DNA from: Aulosira sp. ZfuVER01
Lineage (GTDB): Bacteria; Cyanobacteriota; Cyanobacteriia; Cyanobacteriales; Nostocaceae
Direction: 5' to 3'
NCBI GenBank assembly: GCA_034530615.2
Contig: JAVRCV020000041.1
Coordinates: forward strand, 64,001-128,000
Length of the DNA: 64,000 bases
The notes below the pieces were generated by a model. That model had not been told where the DNA came from, did no database searches, and was given only the letters and a program-made list of their open reading frames with translations. Below are positions 32,753 through 43,177 of the stretch, piece by piece (positions within the stretch are counted from its first letter, which is position 1; each line of letters opens with the position of its first letter). The translations under genes were made by a program, and so were the position numbers.

Positions 32753-34519
32753 TTAAACATCGATATGTTCTACTAGTAACCAATTACCAGCAGGGTTTAG
32801 GCGACCCCAAACTGTTAGCAATTGCTTATGGTTACAAGCTTGTAGTTGTAAATCGATATGCGATCGCAAGGTCACAAGCTGCCAAATCTTTTGTTGATAA
32901 ACTTTTGGTGAAATTACTGTGAATCTGTAATCTTGCCGATCCTGACGATAGAAAGTGCCTTTAAAGCAAGTTTTACTCCGTATTAATACTTGATTGTCTG
33001 TCTGGTGATAATACGGAGGCGATGATGAAGTAGGGCAATTGCCGTTGCAAGGATAGGCTTCTGGATGATTTAAGTAATATGTCTGCCACTGTGACCACTG
33101 AGTATCATAGGGCAACAAATTAAACAATGGCACGACTGCCGCAGGTGCGCGATTATCCTTAAGTAAAGCTGTTTGCAGTGTTTTTATTGGTAAATCTCTC
33201 GGTTGACAATTTAGTTCAATGCATATAGACGCCGCCATTCCAGCGGCTTGTCCAATACCCATCACCACAGGTTGCAATCTAGTTGCTCCATTGGCAATAT
33301 GAGAAACAGAAATATTCTTTTCACAGACTAAAAAACCATCGGTTGCTACTGGAACTAGACAACTGTAGGGAATGGTGAAGGGAGTTCCAGTCCAGCGTCC
33401 TCCCCAACGAATAGATTTAGGTTGGAGTGGAAAGTTGAAGCCAGGGTAGTGGTGATCGTTAGCATAGTTAGCGATCGCGATTGCATCTGTATGTAATAAT
33501 CCCACCTGACCCCCAGCGACAGGCAAAATATCCTGTTCTGTGACAGTTGAGATTCCCACTAAGCGGCGACTTTCCCGGTAGTAGGGATGTAGTGCAAAAG
33601 CTGTAGGAGAATGGGGAAACACCTGAGTAGCCAAGCCGTAGCGCCGTCCAAGCTGTTTTTGAATAAAATGGGCGAAATTTTGGCTATGCCAGCGAGATTC
33701 CTGAATAAATTCATCTCTCTTGCTCTTTGACTCTAATAGCCGCCCTAAGCCTTCGCCGTAGTCATTACCACAGATAGGCCAATTCATCATCAATAGACCG
33801 CCTGGTAAGCGGCCGTAATTCAAAAATTGCTCTGCGCCATAGCCATCCCAAGCACCTGTAAATAGAGATGGATCGTAGTTAGGGGCTGGAGGGATTTCTG
33901 GAGCTATATCTGCATCAAAATCCTGCATCAGCACCACCCCAGTAGGTGCTTGTACGGGATATTTCTCTGTGAGATGATTGGCGCTTTCTGGCGCGCTAGG
34001 TTCTCCCCATTGCGATCGCCATTCCCAGCCCCAACGATAAGGTATCTCAGCCAAAGCCAATAAATCGCCTAATTCTGTAGCGTCGAGACTAATCTTGGCT
34101 TTGACAATAAAATTACTAAACCGAACACCAGTTACACAACTTCCCTGACGGAAAACCTCTAAGGGAACTTCTCCGTCAATCCAATGCAGATTTGGTAATT
34201 CCTTAACCCAATCTGCAAAAATCTTCGCCCCAATCCGCGGATCGAAACTAAAAAAGCTGACCCAGCTATGATCTAAACCGCCTGGCTGACGCTGCTGTAA
34301 TTCTCGTAAAAACTCACCCCATAAACCCGTGTGAAAAGCTTCTAATTCATTCCCATCGGGAACAGAGACTCCGGCTGAGGTTAACATTCCCCCCAACCAA
34401 GAAAACTCACTCACCAGAATCGTTTTCGCGCCCCGTCGCGCCGCTTGAATCGCCGCCGCCGTACCACCAACTCCTCCACCCACAACTAAAACATCAGTTT
34501 GATATGTCTGATTCAGCAT
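32753..34519 (-). CDS. FAD-dependent oxidoreductase (patX-linked)
   Basis: DVLVVGGGVGG, LGGMLT, DATELGD, YRESRR, GATRLQP. Confidence 0.9.
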   Translation of the reverse strand: MLNQTYQTDVLVVGGGVGGTAAAIQAARRGAKTILVSEFSWLGGMLTSAGVSVPDGNELEAFHTGLWGEFLRELQQRQPGGLDHSWVSFFSFDPRIGAKIFADWVKELPNLHWIDGEVPLEVFRQGSCVTGVRFSNFIVKAKISLDATELGDLLALAEIPYRWGWEWRSQWGEPSAPESANHLTEKYPVQAPTGVVLMQDFDADIAPEIPPAPNYDPSLFTGAWDGYGAEQFLNYGRLPGGLLMMNWPICGNDYGEGLGRLLESKSKRDEFIQESRWHSQNFAHFIQKQLGRRYGLATQVFPHSPTAFALHPYYRESRRLVGISTVTEQDILPVAGGQVGLLHTDAIAIANYANDHHYPGFNFPLQPKSIRWGGRWTGTPFTIPYSCLVPVATDGFLVCEKNISVSHIANGATRLQPVVMGIGQAAGMAASICIELNCQPRDLPIKTLQTALLKDNRAPAAVVPLFNLLPYDTQWSQWQTYYLNHPEAYPCNGNCPTSSSPPYYHQTDNQVLIRSKTCFKGTFYRQDRQDYRFTVISPKVYQQKIWQLVTLRSHIDLQLQACNHKQLLTVWGRLNPAGNWLLVEHIDV

Positions 34520-34550
34520 CTATTAACCCTGACTGGAATTAGGACATATT

Positions 34551-34637
34551 TAGGAATTACCCAAGTGTCATATTTTTTTCGCAGAGGTTTTTAACCCTCA
34601 CAACGAAAGATATATGTGCCAGTTGCGTAAGTCCTGA
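34551..34637. repeat. Degenerate MITE-like element with CAGGACTTACGCA-type ends
   Basis: taggaattacccaagtgtca ... gtgccagttgcgtaagtcctga; the right end recurs at ~40880-40893. Confidence 0.55.
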
Positions 34638-34744
34638 TATTTTTACCAGTTGGGCGGACATTAGACAAGAGAATTTTTGATTTCGGATATTTCGTTTATG
34701 TAGTATGTAATATATGAGAGTAGCGATCGCTCACCAAAAATATC

Positions 34745-35212
34745 ATGTTCCAGCGAAACCGACCTCTAGATTTAGTCATACCTTCAGAGCAAGAAACCTA
34801 GTCGATCAAAGAACTAGAACGCATATTAAAAGTTGCAGGTTCTCAAGCAAAACTCGTAGGAGCTAATGGAGAACAAATCCCAATTCCGGAATCTGTTTAT
34901 CAAGCCTTGTGTAAAGTTGTCCATACAATGGCATTAGGTCAGGCTGTAGCTGTAGTCCCCGAAGAGAGAGAACTGACAACACAACAAGCCGCTAATTTTC
35001 TCAACGTGTCACGCCCCTATTTAATTAAGTTATTAGAACAAGGGGAAATTCCTTACATTCAGGTTGGTTCCCATCGCCGTGTGCTTTTCGATGATTTGAA
35101 GAAGTATAAACAGCAGCGAGATACTGAGCGTCAGCAAGGACTAAAAGAATTAACTCAGTTTTTTGAAGAAGAGGGGTTATACGCTGAAGAGGCTGGTGAA
35201 TTGAATCAGTAA
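34745..35212 (+). pseudogene. Excisionase-like HTH DNA-binding (antitoxin-type) gene with an in-frame TAG
   Basis: ATG 34745 MFQRNRPLDLVIPSEQET*SIKELERIL...IPIPESVYQAL continues in frame into ELTTQQAANFLNVSRPYLIKLLEQGEIP..VGSHRRV; TAG at 34799-34801. Confidence 0.8.
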
Positions 35213-35283
35213 TCTCAAATCTGATAGCTTAACTTTGACCAGTAAATGTTACATCTAATAACGTTGAGAGGTGAAAAATCAAC

Positions 35284-36330
35284 GTGAAAGCACAGGTATT
35301 TAGAGGCGTCAATCAACTTTCCTACGAAGAGATCCCAGTACCAACTCTGGAACCGGATGAAGTGCTGGTACAGGTACGGGTGGTAGGGTTGTGTCAATCA
35401 GATATAAAAAAAATTCGTTATCCCCTTTACGAACCGCCGCGTATTTTTGGACATGAAACGGCGGGAACGATCGCATCTGTGGGTTCTGGGGTCAAAAATT
35501 GGCAAGTGGGACAAAGGGTGGCGGTAATGCACCACATCCCCTGTATGCGTTGTGCCTACTGCCTCAATGAAAATTATTCCATGTGTGATGTCTATAAAAA
35601 CATCTCCACGACTGCGGGATTTAACGCTAGTGGCGGCGGTTTTGCTGAATATGTCAAAGTACCAGGTCATATTGTGCAAAATGGCGGTTTAATTCCCATC
35701 CCTGACGATATAAGTTTTGAAGAAGCGAGTTTTGTAGAACCGACTAACTGCTGCTTAAAGGCAGTGAAAAAAGCGCAAATTGCACCTGGACAAACAGTAT
35801 TGGTAACTGGTGCGGGGCCGATTGGGTTAATGTTCATCATGTTGGTGAAGTATTTCGGAGCCAGAGCGATCGCTACCGATTTACTACCCTCTAGAATTGA
35901 AAAAGCTTTGAATGTTGGCGCAGAAGCCGCTTTTGACGCCCGCGATCCCGATTTAGCAGCCAAAATCCATGCTATTACTGATGGGTTGGGTGTTGATGTT
36001 ACCTTACTAGCTGTCCCTAGCGATAAAGCTTTCTTTCAGGCTTTGGACTGTACTCGTAAAGGTGGCAAAATCCTCTTTTTCGCGGAGTTCCCCGATGAAG
36101 TGTCAATTCCCATTAACCCTAATCTCCTTTACCGCCGGGAAATCGACTTGATGGGCAGTTATAGTTCATCCTATCGCCTGCAAAATCTCTCAGCGGACAT
36201 TGTATTTAATCGCCGCATTAATGTAGAAGCGTTAATTAGCGATCGCTATCCCTTACAAGATTTATCAAAAGCTGTGGATCAAGCGATCGCTCCCACAGCA
36301 GAAACATACAAAATTTTGATTTATCCATAA
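35284..36330 (+). CDS. Zinc-dependent alcohol/polyol dehydrogenase (MDR family)
   Basis: GLCQSD, GHE, CMRCAYC...C, EP, GAGPIG. Confidence 0.92.
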   Translation: MKAQVFRGVNQLSYEEIPVPTLEPDEVLVQVRVVGLCQSDIKKIRYPLYEPPRIFGHETAGTIASVGSGVKNWQVGQRVAVMHHIPCMRCAYCLNENYSMCDVYKNISTTAGFNASGGGFAEYVKVPGHIVQNGGLIPIPDDISFEEASFVEPTNCCLKAVKKAQIAPGQTVLVTGAGPIGLMFIMLVKYFGARAIATDLLPSRIEKALNVGAEAAFDARDPDLAAKIHAITDGLGVDVTLLAVPSDKAFFQALDCTRKGGKILFFAEFPDEVSIPINPNLLYRREIDLMGSYSSSYRLQNLSADIVFNRRINVEALISDRYPLQDLSKAVDQAIAPTAETYKILIYP

Positions 36331-36361
36331 TAACTGGGCATTGGGCATTTCTTCCTTGTCA

Positions 36362-36407
36362 ACGCCACTTGCTACAACGCGGGGAACCCGCGCAACGCAG
36401 TGGCTCC
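36362..36407. repeat. Single un-nested small dispersed repeat unit
   Basis: acgccacttgctacaacgcggggaacccgcgcaacgcagtggctcc, a hairpin-forming unit. Confidence 0.75.
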
Positions 36408-36458
36408 TCCTTGTCCCCCCTGTCCCATTTCTCCCCACCCTCTCCCAGACTACCCAAA

Positions 36459-37724
36459 ATGCCCATCACTCTTGCACTAGTCGCCCTACTTGCTTTCTAC
36501 GTAGCCTTTAACCTTGGTGCTAACGATGTTGCTAATGCAATGGGAACTTCTGTCGGTTCCAAAGCTGTTACTTTGACACAGGCGTTAATCATTGCTGGGA
36601 CGTTAGAGTTTGCAGGTGCGGTATTGTTTGGGCATGAGGTAACGGAAACCCTAGCCACGAAAGTTGCTAATCCTGCTTTATTTGCTGCTACACCCCAAAT
36701 CTTAGTTATGGGGATGGTAACGGTGTTACTAGCCGCTGGAGTTTGGCTGCAAATTGCCACATCACGGGGCTTGCCTGTATCCTCATCTCATGCAGTGGTG
36801 GGTGCGATCGCCGGATTTAGTTGGGTGGCTTTGGGAGTCGGTGCAATTGATTGGTCATCCATTGGCTCAATTACTATTGGCTGGATTTTAACCCCTGTAA
36901 TTAGTGGTGCGATCGCTGCTCTCTTCTACAGTCAAATCAAACGCTGGATTTTAGAGCAGCCTAATCAATTGGTGCAGTTAAATGAGTGGCTTCCTTGGTT
37001 GAGTGCTTTACTTCTGGGGATATTTGGCGTGATTGTCCTCCCATCCCTGACTCAACCTCTGACAAATTTTTTAATTGACCGAGTTGGGATAAATATACCC
37101 AGTTACGATATTCCTTTATTCACAGGTGCAGTAGCAGCAGTTGGACTGACTGTTTATAGCTGGCAACAATTAGATAACAGTAAAATTCAAAATCTTAACT
37201 CCAAAATCCAAAATCCAACTGAGCGCATATTTGGGCGCTTTCAACTGCTGAGTGCTTGCTTTGTCGCCTTTGCTCATGGTTCTAATGATGTGGGGAATGC
37301 GATCGCTCCTTTAGCTGCGATCGTCTACATTAATCGTACTGGTAGCGTACCCATAGATGGCATTACCATACCCTTATGGATTTTAATCCTGGGTGGTGTG
37401 GGTATTGTGGGGGGTTTAGCCATCTGGGGTAAAAAAGTAATTGCCACCATTGGCGAAAATATTATTGCCTTGCAACCGAGTAGTGGATTTTGTGCCGAAC
37501 TCGCAACCGCCACGACTATCTTACTCGCCTCCCGTCTCGGCTTACCTGTATCTACTTCCCACGCTCTTGTTGGTGCTGTGGTTGGCATTGGACTGGTGCA
37601 AAATCTTAAGTCAATTCAATTTCAAACTCTTAAGGGGATCGCGGCTGCATGGCTAATTACGGTTCCTGCCAGTGCCATCCTCAGTGCTGCTATCTTTAGT
37701 ATTGCCAAGATATTTTTGCTGTAA
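36459..37724 (+). CDS. Inorganic phosphate transporter (PiT/PHO4 family)
   Basis: GANDVAN, PVSSSHA, HGSNDVGNA, PVSTSHA; many TM helices. Confidence 0.95.
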   Translation: MPITLALVALLAFYVAFNLGANDVANAMGTSVGSKAVTLTQALIIAGTLEFAGAVLFGHEVTETLATKVANPALFAATPQILVMGMVTVLLAAGVWLQIATSRGLPVSSSHAVVGAIAGFSWVALGVGAIDWSSIGSITIGWILTPVISGAIAALFYSQIKRWILEQPNQLVQLNEWLPWLSALLLGIFGVIVLPSLTQPLTNFLIDRVGINIPSYDIPLFTGAVAAVGLTVYSWQQLDNSKIQNLNSKIQNPTERIFGRFQLLSACFVAFAHGSNDVGNAIAPLAAIVYINRTGSVPIDGITIPLWILILGGVGIVGGLAIWGKKVIATIGENIIALQPSSGFCAELATATTILLASRLGLPVSTSHALVGAVVGIGLVQNLKSIQFQTLKGIAAAWLITVPASAILSAAIFSIAKIFLL

Positions 37725-37838
37725 AAATTACAATTGTAAAGGTTCTTTTATCCTAAAATTACACTAACCATAAACAGATTTATACAATTCAAATTTCTGC
37801 GATCAATTCCTACATAAATGATTTTTTGGCATCTACCA

Positions 37839-37881
37839 TAAATAGATAGGTCTTATTGGCAAAACTAGACCTATCTATTTA
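37839..37881. terminator. Hairpin between convergent genes
   Basis: taaatagataggtct ... agacctatctattta. Confidence 0.7.
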
Positions 37882-38003
37882 TTTTAGAGCATTAATTGCT
37901 GCATTCTTCATCTCATAAGCTTTTTAGCTTATTTTATTGCCCTGTTAAAGATAGAAGCTGATCGATGATTCAGCTTCATTAGAGCAAATTTGAATTAGCT
38001 TAA

Positions 38004-38717
38004 TTAATGTGTATCAGCTATGTGGTTTATCGATGAAGTAAGACTAACATTTGATGAATTTTCTTTTGCAAGTTGTTTTCTTGCTAGTGACAATGCTTGA
38101 TAAGCTGTATTCAATTTTTTTTGGTCCTTAATATTCTTTTCATAACGCTGTAAATAAGCCTCAAGATATCTAATGCGTAAATGCAGATTATCTGTATTCT
38201 GCATGAAAGGAAGATCTGCTTCAGTCATGCAACGGATAACCAGCAAGGGAATAGGGCTGCGCAGTGGACGAAAGTTTGGATTATGTAGACCTGGACTTTC
38301 TGTACGTTTGTGGAATTCTCCTAACATCAGACCTGCATCGACAAAGAAAGGCTTAAGTTTTGCTTGAACAACATCAATTATTTTGGAAGCATCGTCTATA
38401 TTAACATCAGGAAAAACGAATACTATTGCTTTGTTTAGCATAGCTGGCCACTCTTTTGGTTCTAACTCCAAAAAAGTATTTAGGTGAGGTAAAACAATGT
38501 CTGCAATTTGCTGTATATCCAAATCTTTCGCACGAATAACTCTCAGCAAAATGCTATTTAACTTCATGGAAGGAGGAACATAAGGACAAACTGGACCAGG
38601 CCTACCTACATCTGCGTGAGGTTTTGCCACAAAATTTTTCAGCCACTCTGTGATTTCAATAAAATAGGGAAGGTCTTGTTGTAACTGCTCAATCTCATTC
38701 AGTGTGTATAGTTGCAT
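38004..38717 (-). CDS. DUF6875-like protein of unknown function
   Basis: PHADVGRPGPVCPYVP, LKPFFVDAGLMLGEFH, PGLHNPNFRPLRSPIPLLVIR motifs. Confidence 0.75.
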   Translation of the reverse strand: MQLYTLNEIEQLQQDLPYFIEITEWLKNFVAKPHADVGRPGPVCPYVPPSMKLNSILLRVIRAKDLDIQQIADIVLPHLNTFLELEPKEWPAMLNKAIVFVFPDVNIDDASKIIDVVQAKLKPFFVDAGLMLGEFHKRTESPGLHNPNFRPLRSPIPLLVIRCMTEADLPFMQNTDNLHLRIRYLEAYLQRYEKNIKDQKKLNTAYQALSLARKQLAKENSSNVSLTSSINHIADTH

Positions 38718-39528
38718 CGTGTTCAAATTCTTTTTGTATTGTTTTCGTTGACGAAAAATAGCCAGGTGAATTTTCACCAGACAGGCAGAATTTAAACCAC
38801 GTCTATCTTGAAATTATTAGTTTTTTATAATAAAATTACAAGTCTACAATTGAACCTACAAACGAATAATATACTTTTTAAAAAACTACAAATTTCATGA
38901 TGGACAAGGTTTAGGCTTTTTTTTGCTTGCGTTTTTTTAGCTTTTATCACCTCCACTATTTATATAAATAAATGCTTAAATAAATGCTGCAATAATCGTA
39001 ATTTTCAAGATTTATTACAGCAAAAATATATGAGAAATCGATGTCTTGAAAAGACAATCATTCTCCTAATTTCTCTATATTTTTATTAATTAAAAGATTC
39101 TAAAATATCCTCAATTAATGTAACATAAACAATATTAATGATTTTTCATTTTTTGGATAATTAAATATTTTGTATTTAAGAATTTCCTAGATAAATATAC
39201 ACAGTTTTATGTTTATACTGCTTTTTTTAAAGTAAATTTTATGTATTTTTAAAATACCAAGTTCTCTCTTAAAGATTATCTAAATTATTACGTGTAGCAC
39301 TAGTTTTTATATACAAAGTATGTATGGCATTTTCCAATAATGTTCTTATCCACGTTTCAAGGCATGACTCGCTACAATATTTTGAGATCGCAGTGAGTCA
39401 TGGGGCTTTGTTAGATGATCCCAAAGAAAGTGCGATCGCTAAAGGTTATTTTAAGTAGTGTAGCTTTCAGTAAATAGGAATATTTTTCAAGAGAGTGAAC
39501 CTCAAGATTTTGTAACTCGTAAGCAGGG

Positions 39529-39681
39529 ATATAGGATTCATATTTGATTTTTGAAATACACGTAGGGTGTGTTGTCGCGTAGCGCAACGCACCAAGGTCT
39601 AGAATTCGGTGCGTTACACTTCGTGATAACGCACCCTACACATACTTAAATTTTTTCAGTAATCAAATCGGATTCCTATAG
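39529..39681. mobile_element. Inverted-repeat (MITE-like) element carrying an internal GTAG-REP doublet
   Basis: Ends tataggattcatatttgatt / aatcaaatcggattcctata; inside gtagggtgtgtt...aacgcacc and ggtgcgtt...aacgcaccctac. Confidence 0.7.
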
Positions 39682-39888
39682 ATTAATTTTAGTTATGCTT
39701 AAGTAAATTTCAAAACTGTTCACTTTATAGCATATCAATACCTTCAAAAACTTGAGCTATAATGACGACATTTCTTTAAACAAAAAAATTTTATTATAAA
39801 TTAAATTTATACAGCAATTACAAATCATTGATTTTTTAGAACATTACTATTAGATAAGTTGCCATTATCTAAATTAAAGATTTTTGAA

Positions 39889-40085
39889 AAAGGCAGGAGG
39901 CAGAGGGCAGAGGACAGAAGGTTGCAATTAATTGTCAGGGGATTCAAACCCCCACCAATTGCTAACCACCAAATCAGAGATTGTGGTGGGTAACTCAGAC
40001 TATTGCTCCCTTTCAGTCGCGGCACGGAGCTTTATGGATGGGCAAAAGTTCCTTCTGTCTCCTGCCTCCTGCCCGCTGCCTTTTT
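39889..40085. repeat. Element bounded by inverted heptamer arrays
   Basis: aaggcaggaggcagagggcagaggacagaagg ... ccttctgtctcctgcctcctgcccgctgcctt. Confidence 0.65.
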
Positions 40086-40996
40086 TAGTTGATTGGCGAA
40101 GATTAATTCTAATTTTCTCAAAAAGATAAGTCAGGGTTTAAATTCGTTTTAAACTAATATTTATTACTAAATCGATTAGTGCCAAGTGTGTTGTTTATCT
40201 GAACTAGCGATCGCACCATACTTTGCAACTGTATCTAGACAAAGAATTATTATATTAAATATAACCAATCATTTTAAAATAGATAAAAACATTGAATTTC
40301 TGCTAGAAGCATTATCTGGTTTATCTAAGGTTATTTGACGTTGAACTATATAAAGAAGCTGGTAACATCTCACCTTTGCAAAAATATCAAAAGAAAGTTA
40401 CCATACCATTCGCGAAGCTTTACTCTACGGCATCCACAACTGCTAAATGCGAATTTAAGAACGCTAAAGCCAAAATTTTTTTGCACAATGGCTGGTAATT
40501 CACTAGAATATCTTCCAGAGGTTAGCAATATTCTTAGTTTGCGCAAACCAATAATTTAATCCCGATTACAGATATAAACTGTCGCTTAAGTTACATTCAA
40601 CACGAATTAGTAAGTCTCATCTAAATAATTGAGACAACCTTGTGGTAGCAAAGTATTCATTCACAAGTCTTTAACAATTACTATCTGTACAAAAAGAATA
40701 CGTATTTATTTGGGGTAAGATTTTTTCTCTGCAAAAAATCCTGCTAAAAACATAGATGATTGAAATAAGACTGACAGAATGTTTACCTGTGATGCTGAAC
40801 GAAACACACTTTAATAAGTAATAAGCTAAATTATATGCTTTGCCAACTCTGTGTTCAGCATGACAGAATTACGTTGTTATGCGTAAGTCCTGTTAAAATT
40901 TTTGGTTTATCTGACGAACTCTAGGAAATTAGTATGAACGCCAAGCAGTTACACGGGAAGCAGCTTTATCGTCAAGGTGTTAGAGGTTAAAAGCGA

Positions 40997-43177
40997 ATGG
41001 GGCGATTTGAGAAGCAACCAGACAACCCGCGAGTTAGAGGCGATTTATCCAGAGCAGCCGAAAATGCTCTCTGGGCAGTTGTTGAGGACTTAGAAAATCT
41101 TCAGCAGCACGTACTGCGGTCGTTACAGGAAGAAGTAAAGCGGCTTCAGGCGGAAAAAAATCGTTTAAGTGATGATATTCAACGACTGCTTGATGAGAAA
41201 GAACAGTTACAACAGGCGCGCCAAATCACCGAGCAGCAGGTGTTAATCCGTCAGTTAGCAGAAGCTTTGGCAAAGCATATATCTTCGCAACTGCAATCCT
41301 CGTTGACGACTTTAGCTAACCAAGCAATAGAGACTAACTCCTCTGAAAAAGCAACTTTAGGCTCAGAACAGAACAATGAAAAAGTAGAAAAACTGCTTGG
41401 CTCCCTAGATGATACCCTCACCATCACCTTTACCTCACTGCAACAAGAGCTAAAGAACTATCAAAGCAATCTTTCCCAACAGTTGTCTAGGATGCAAAAT
41501 CAACAACAGCAAGGGGAAGCGATCGTAGCGGAGTTAATCAATCGGTTGCAAGATCTGGAAAAAACAATTGTAGAAACTCCACTAAAAGCCGTACAAGTAT
41601 CACCGCCTACTGTGTTGCAGTTATCTGAGCAGCCAAAAGCCAAAGTCTCACCACCCACAGTTTTGCAACTACCGCAAGAGCAACAAAACATTTCTTGGAA
41701 TTCCCCGCAGTCAGAACAGAAAAATAGCCAAGCTACCGAAGCCCTGACATTTACTCAGAGTCAAACTGCTTTACAGCCGGAGAGTTTAGCAGCACCACCA
41801 GAAGCAACTGTCACCGAACCAAGTTTTGTCATTTCTCCAGATTTGTCGGAGAGTGAATCTACACCGGAGCCTACTTTACCTTCCACGGAAGTAATATATC
41901 CACCCTTCAGGAGAAATGACCCTGAGCCAAGTTCTGTGATATCTGGGGATGCGTTCGAGAGTGAATCTACATCGGAGTCTGCTTTTCCATTACCAGAAGC
42001 TACTCCCCCACCAGTCAGGAATAATCCTGATGAGCCAAGTTCTGTCATTTCCCCAGATTTTTCGGAGAGTGAAACTACACCGGAGCCTGTTTCATCCCGC
42101 AAGCAGGGAGTAGCACCACCATCACTAAGTTTACCTAGTTCATCAAGCTTATCGTCTATTCAGATAGGTTTTGTGCTGATTGTGTTGTCAGCGGTAGTGT
42201 CATCGCTTTACAACGTAGCTATTAAGGTGATTTTTCACCAAGGTTCTGAGATTCTGGGATTAGTGGAAGTAGAGCGTTTGCTATTACCAACTTTAGGCAA
42301 TACGCTATTAATTTTAATGCTGCGGTTATTGGTGGTTGTACCGCTAATGTTGCTGTTAGCGCCGATGATGCATCCACGAGTATGGGAAGACTTACAAACA
42401 CTATTTAGCTCAGTACGTGGAAATTCTTCTGCTAGCAATAACAAGACACGAAAGATTTTGCAGTTATCGATCGCTAGCGGATGTTTTTTGTTTTTATCGC
42501 AAGTGCTGATTTACATTGCTATCAGCCAAGTCACTACTGGGATGGCGATCGCACTTTTCTTTATCTATCCAGTAATTAGCGGACTCTTGTCTTGGTTTTT
42601 ATTCCGCGATCGCCCTAGCAGATTCCGCACTGCTGCTATTGGTGGTGTTTTTTGCGGCGAGTTGCTGATATTGGGAGGTGCTACCAGCATTGCTCTTGGT
42701 AATGTTCCCCTCGGAAGTATTACAGCAATTTTGTCAGGAGTAGCTTTTGCTGTCTACGTCGTCCTCACACGCATTTGTGCTAGCAAACTGCATCCGGTTT
42801 CTTTTACTTTGATTAACTTCGCCACCATGTTGCTGTTAAGTTTGATCGGTTTGATGATACCTTTACCCAGCGACTTAGGTTTAGTTATCGACAAACCCTC
42901 TAAGTTATTGGAAATTATTTTAAGTGCTTTTATTTTGGGTGTCCTAACTCTCTTAGGCTACGTGTTCAATAATGTTGGCATTCGCAAACTAGGTGCGCCA
43001 CGTTCGGCAATTATCGGTGCAAGCGTGCCATTCTTAACTGTGATTTTTGCTGGGTTGCTGATTCAAGAAAACTTAGAGCTTGCACAAATTTTGGGAGTGG
43101 TGCTAGTAACTTTCGGTGCAGCAGCTTTTAGCTTTGACAAAGTGCGAAATCAGCTTAATTCTAATCCACCCAATTAA
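40997..43177 (+). CDS. sepJ: SepJ (FraG) septal junction protein: coiled coil, Pro/Ser linker, DMT permease
   Basis: MGRFEKQPDN...coiled coil (QQVLIRQLAEALAKH), P/S/E-rich linker, C-terminal EamA-type TM region. Confidence 0.93.
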   Translation: MGRFEKQPDNPRVRGDLSRAAENALWAVVEDLENLQQHVLRSLQEEVKRLQAEKNRLSDDIQRLLDEKEQLQQARQITEQQVLIRQLAEALAKHISSQLQSSLTTLANQAIETNSSEKATLGSEQNNEKVEKLLGSLDDTLTITFTSLQQELKNYQSNLSQQLSRMQNQQQQGEAIVAELINRLQDLEKTIVETPLKAVQVSPPTVLQLSEQPKAKVSPPTVLQLPQEQQNISWNSPQSEQKNSQATEALTFTQSQTALQPESLAAPPEATVTEPSFVISPDLSESESTPEPTLPSTEVIYPPFRRNDPEPSSVISGDAFESESTSESAFPLPEATPPPVRNNPDEPSSVISPDFSESETTPEPVSSRKQGVAPPSLSLPSSSSLSSIQIGFVLIVLSAVVSSLYNVAIKVIFHQGSEILGLVEVERLLLPTLGNTLLILMLRLLVVVPLMLLLAPMMHPRVWEDLQTLFSSVRGNSSASNNKTRKILQLSIASGCFLFLSQVLIYIAISQVTTGMAIALFFIYPVISGLLSWFLFRDRPSRFRTAAIGGVFCGELLILGGATSIALGNVPLGSITAILSGVAFAVYVVLTRICASKLHPVSFTLINFATMLLLSLIGLMIPLPSDLGLVIDKPSKLLEIILSAFILGVLTLLGYVFNNVGIRKLGAPRSAIIGASVPFLTVIFAGLLIQENLELAQILGVVLVTFGAAAFSFDKVRNQLNSNPPN

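Noticed and set aside
39936..39952. GGGG..CCCC palindromes (also ~58235-58249 and ~34584-34599) as HetR sites
   Set aside because: Poor fit to GGG-N5-CCC and all lie in or beside repeat elements
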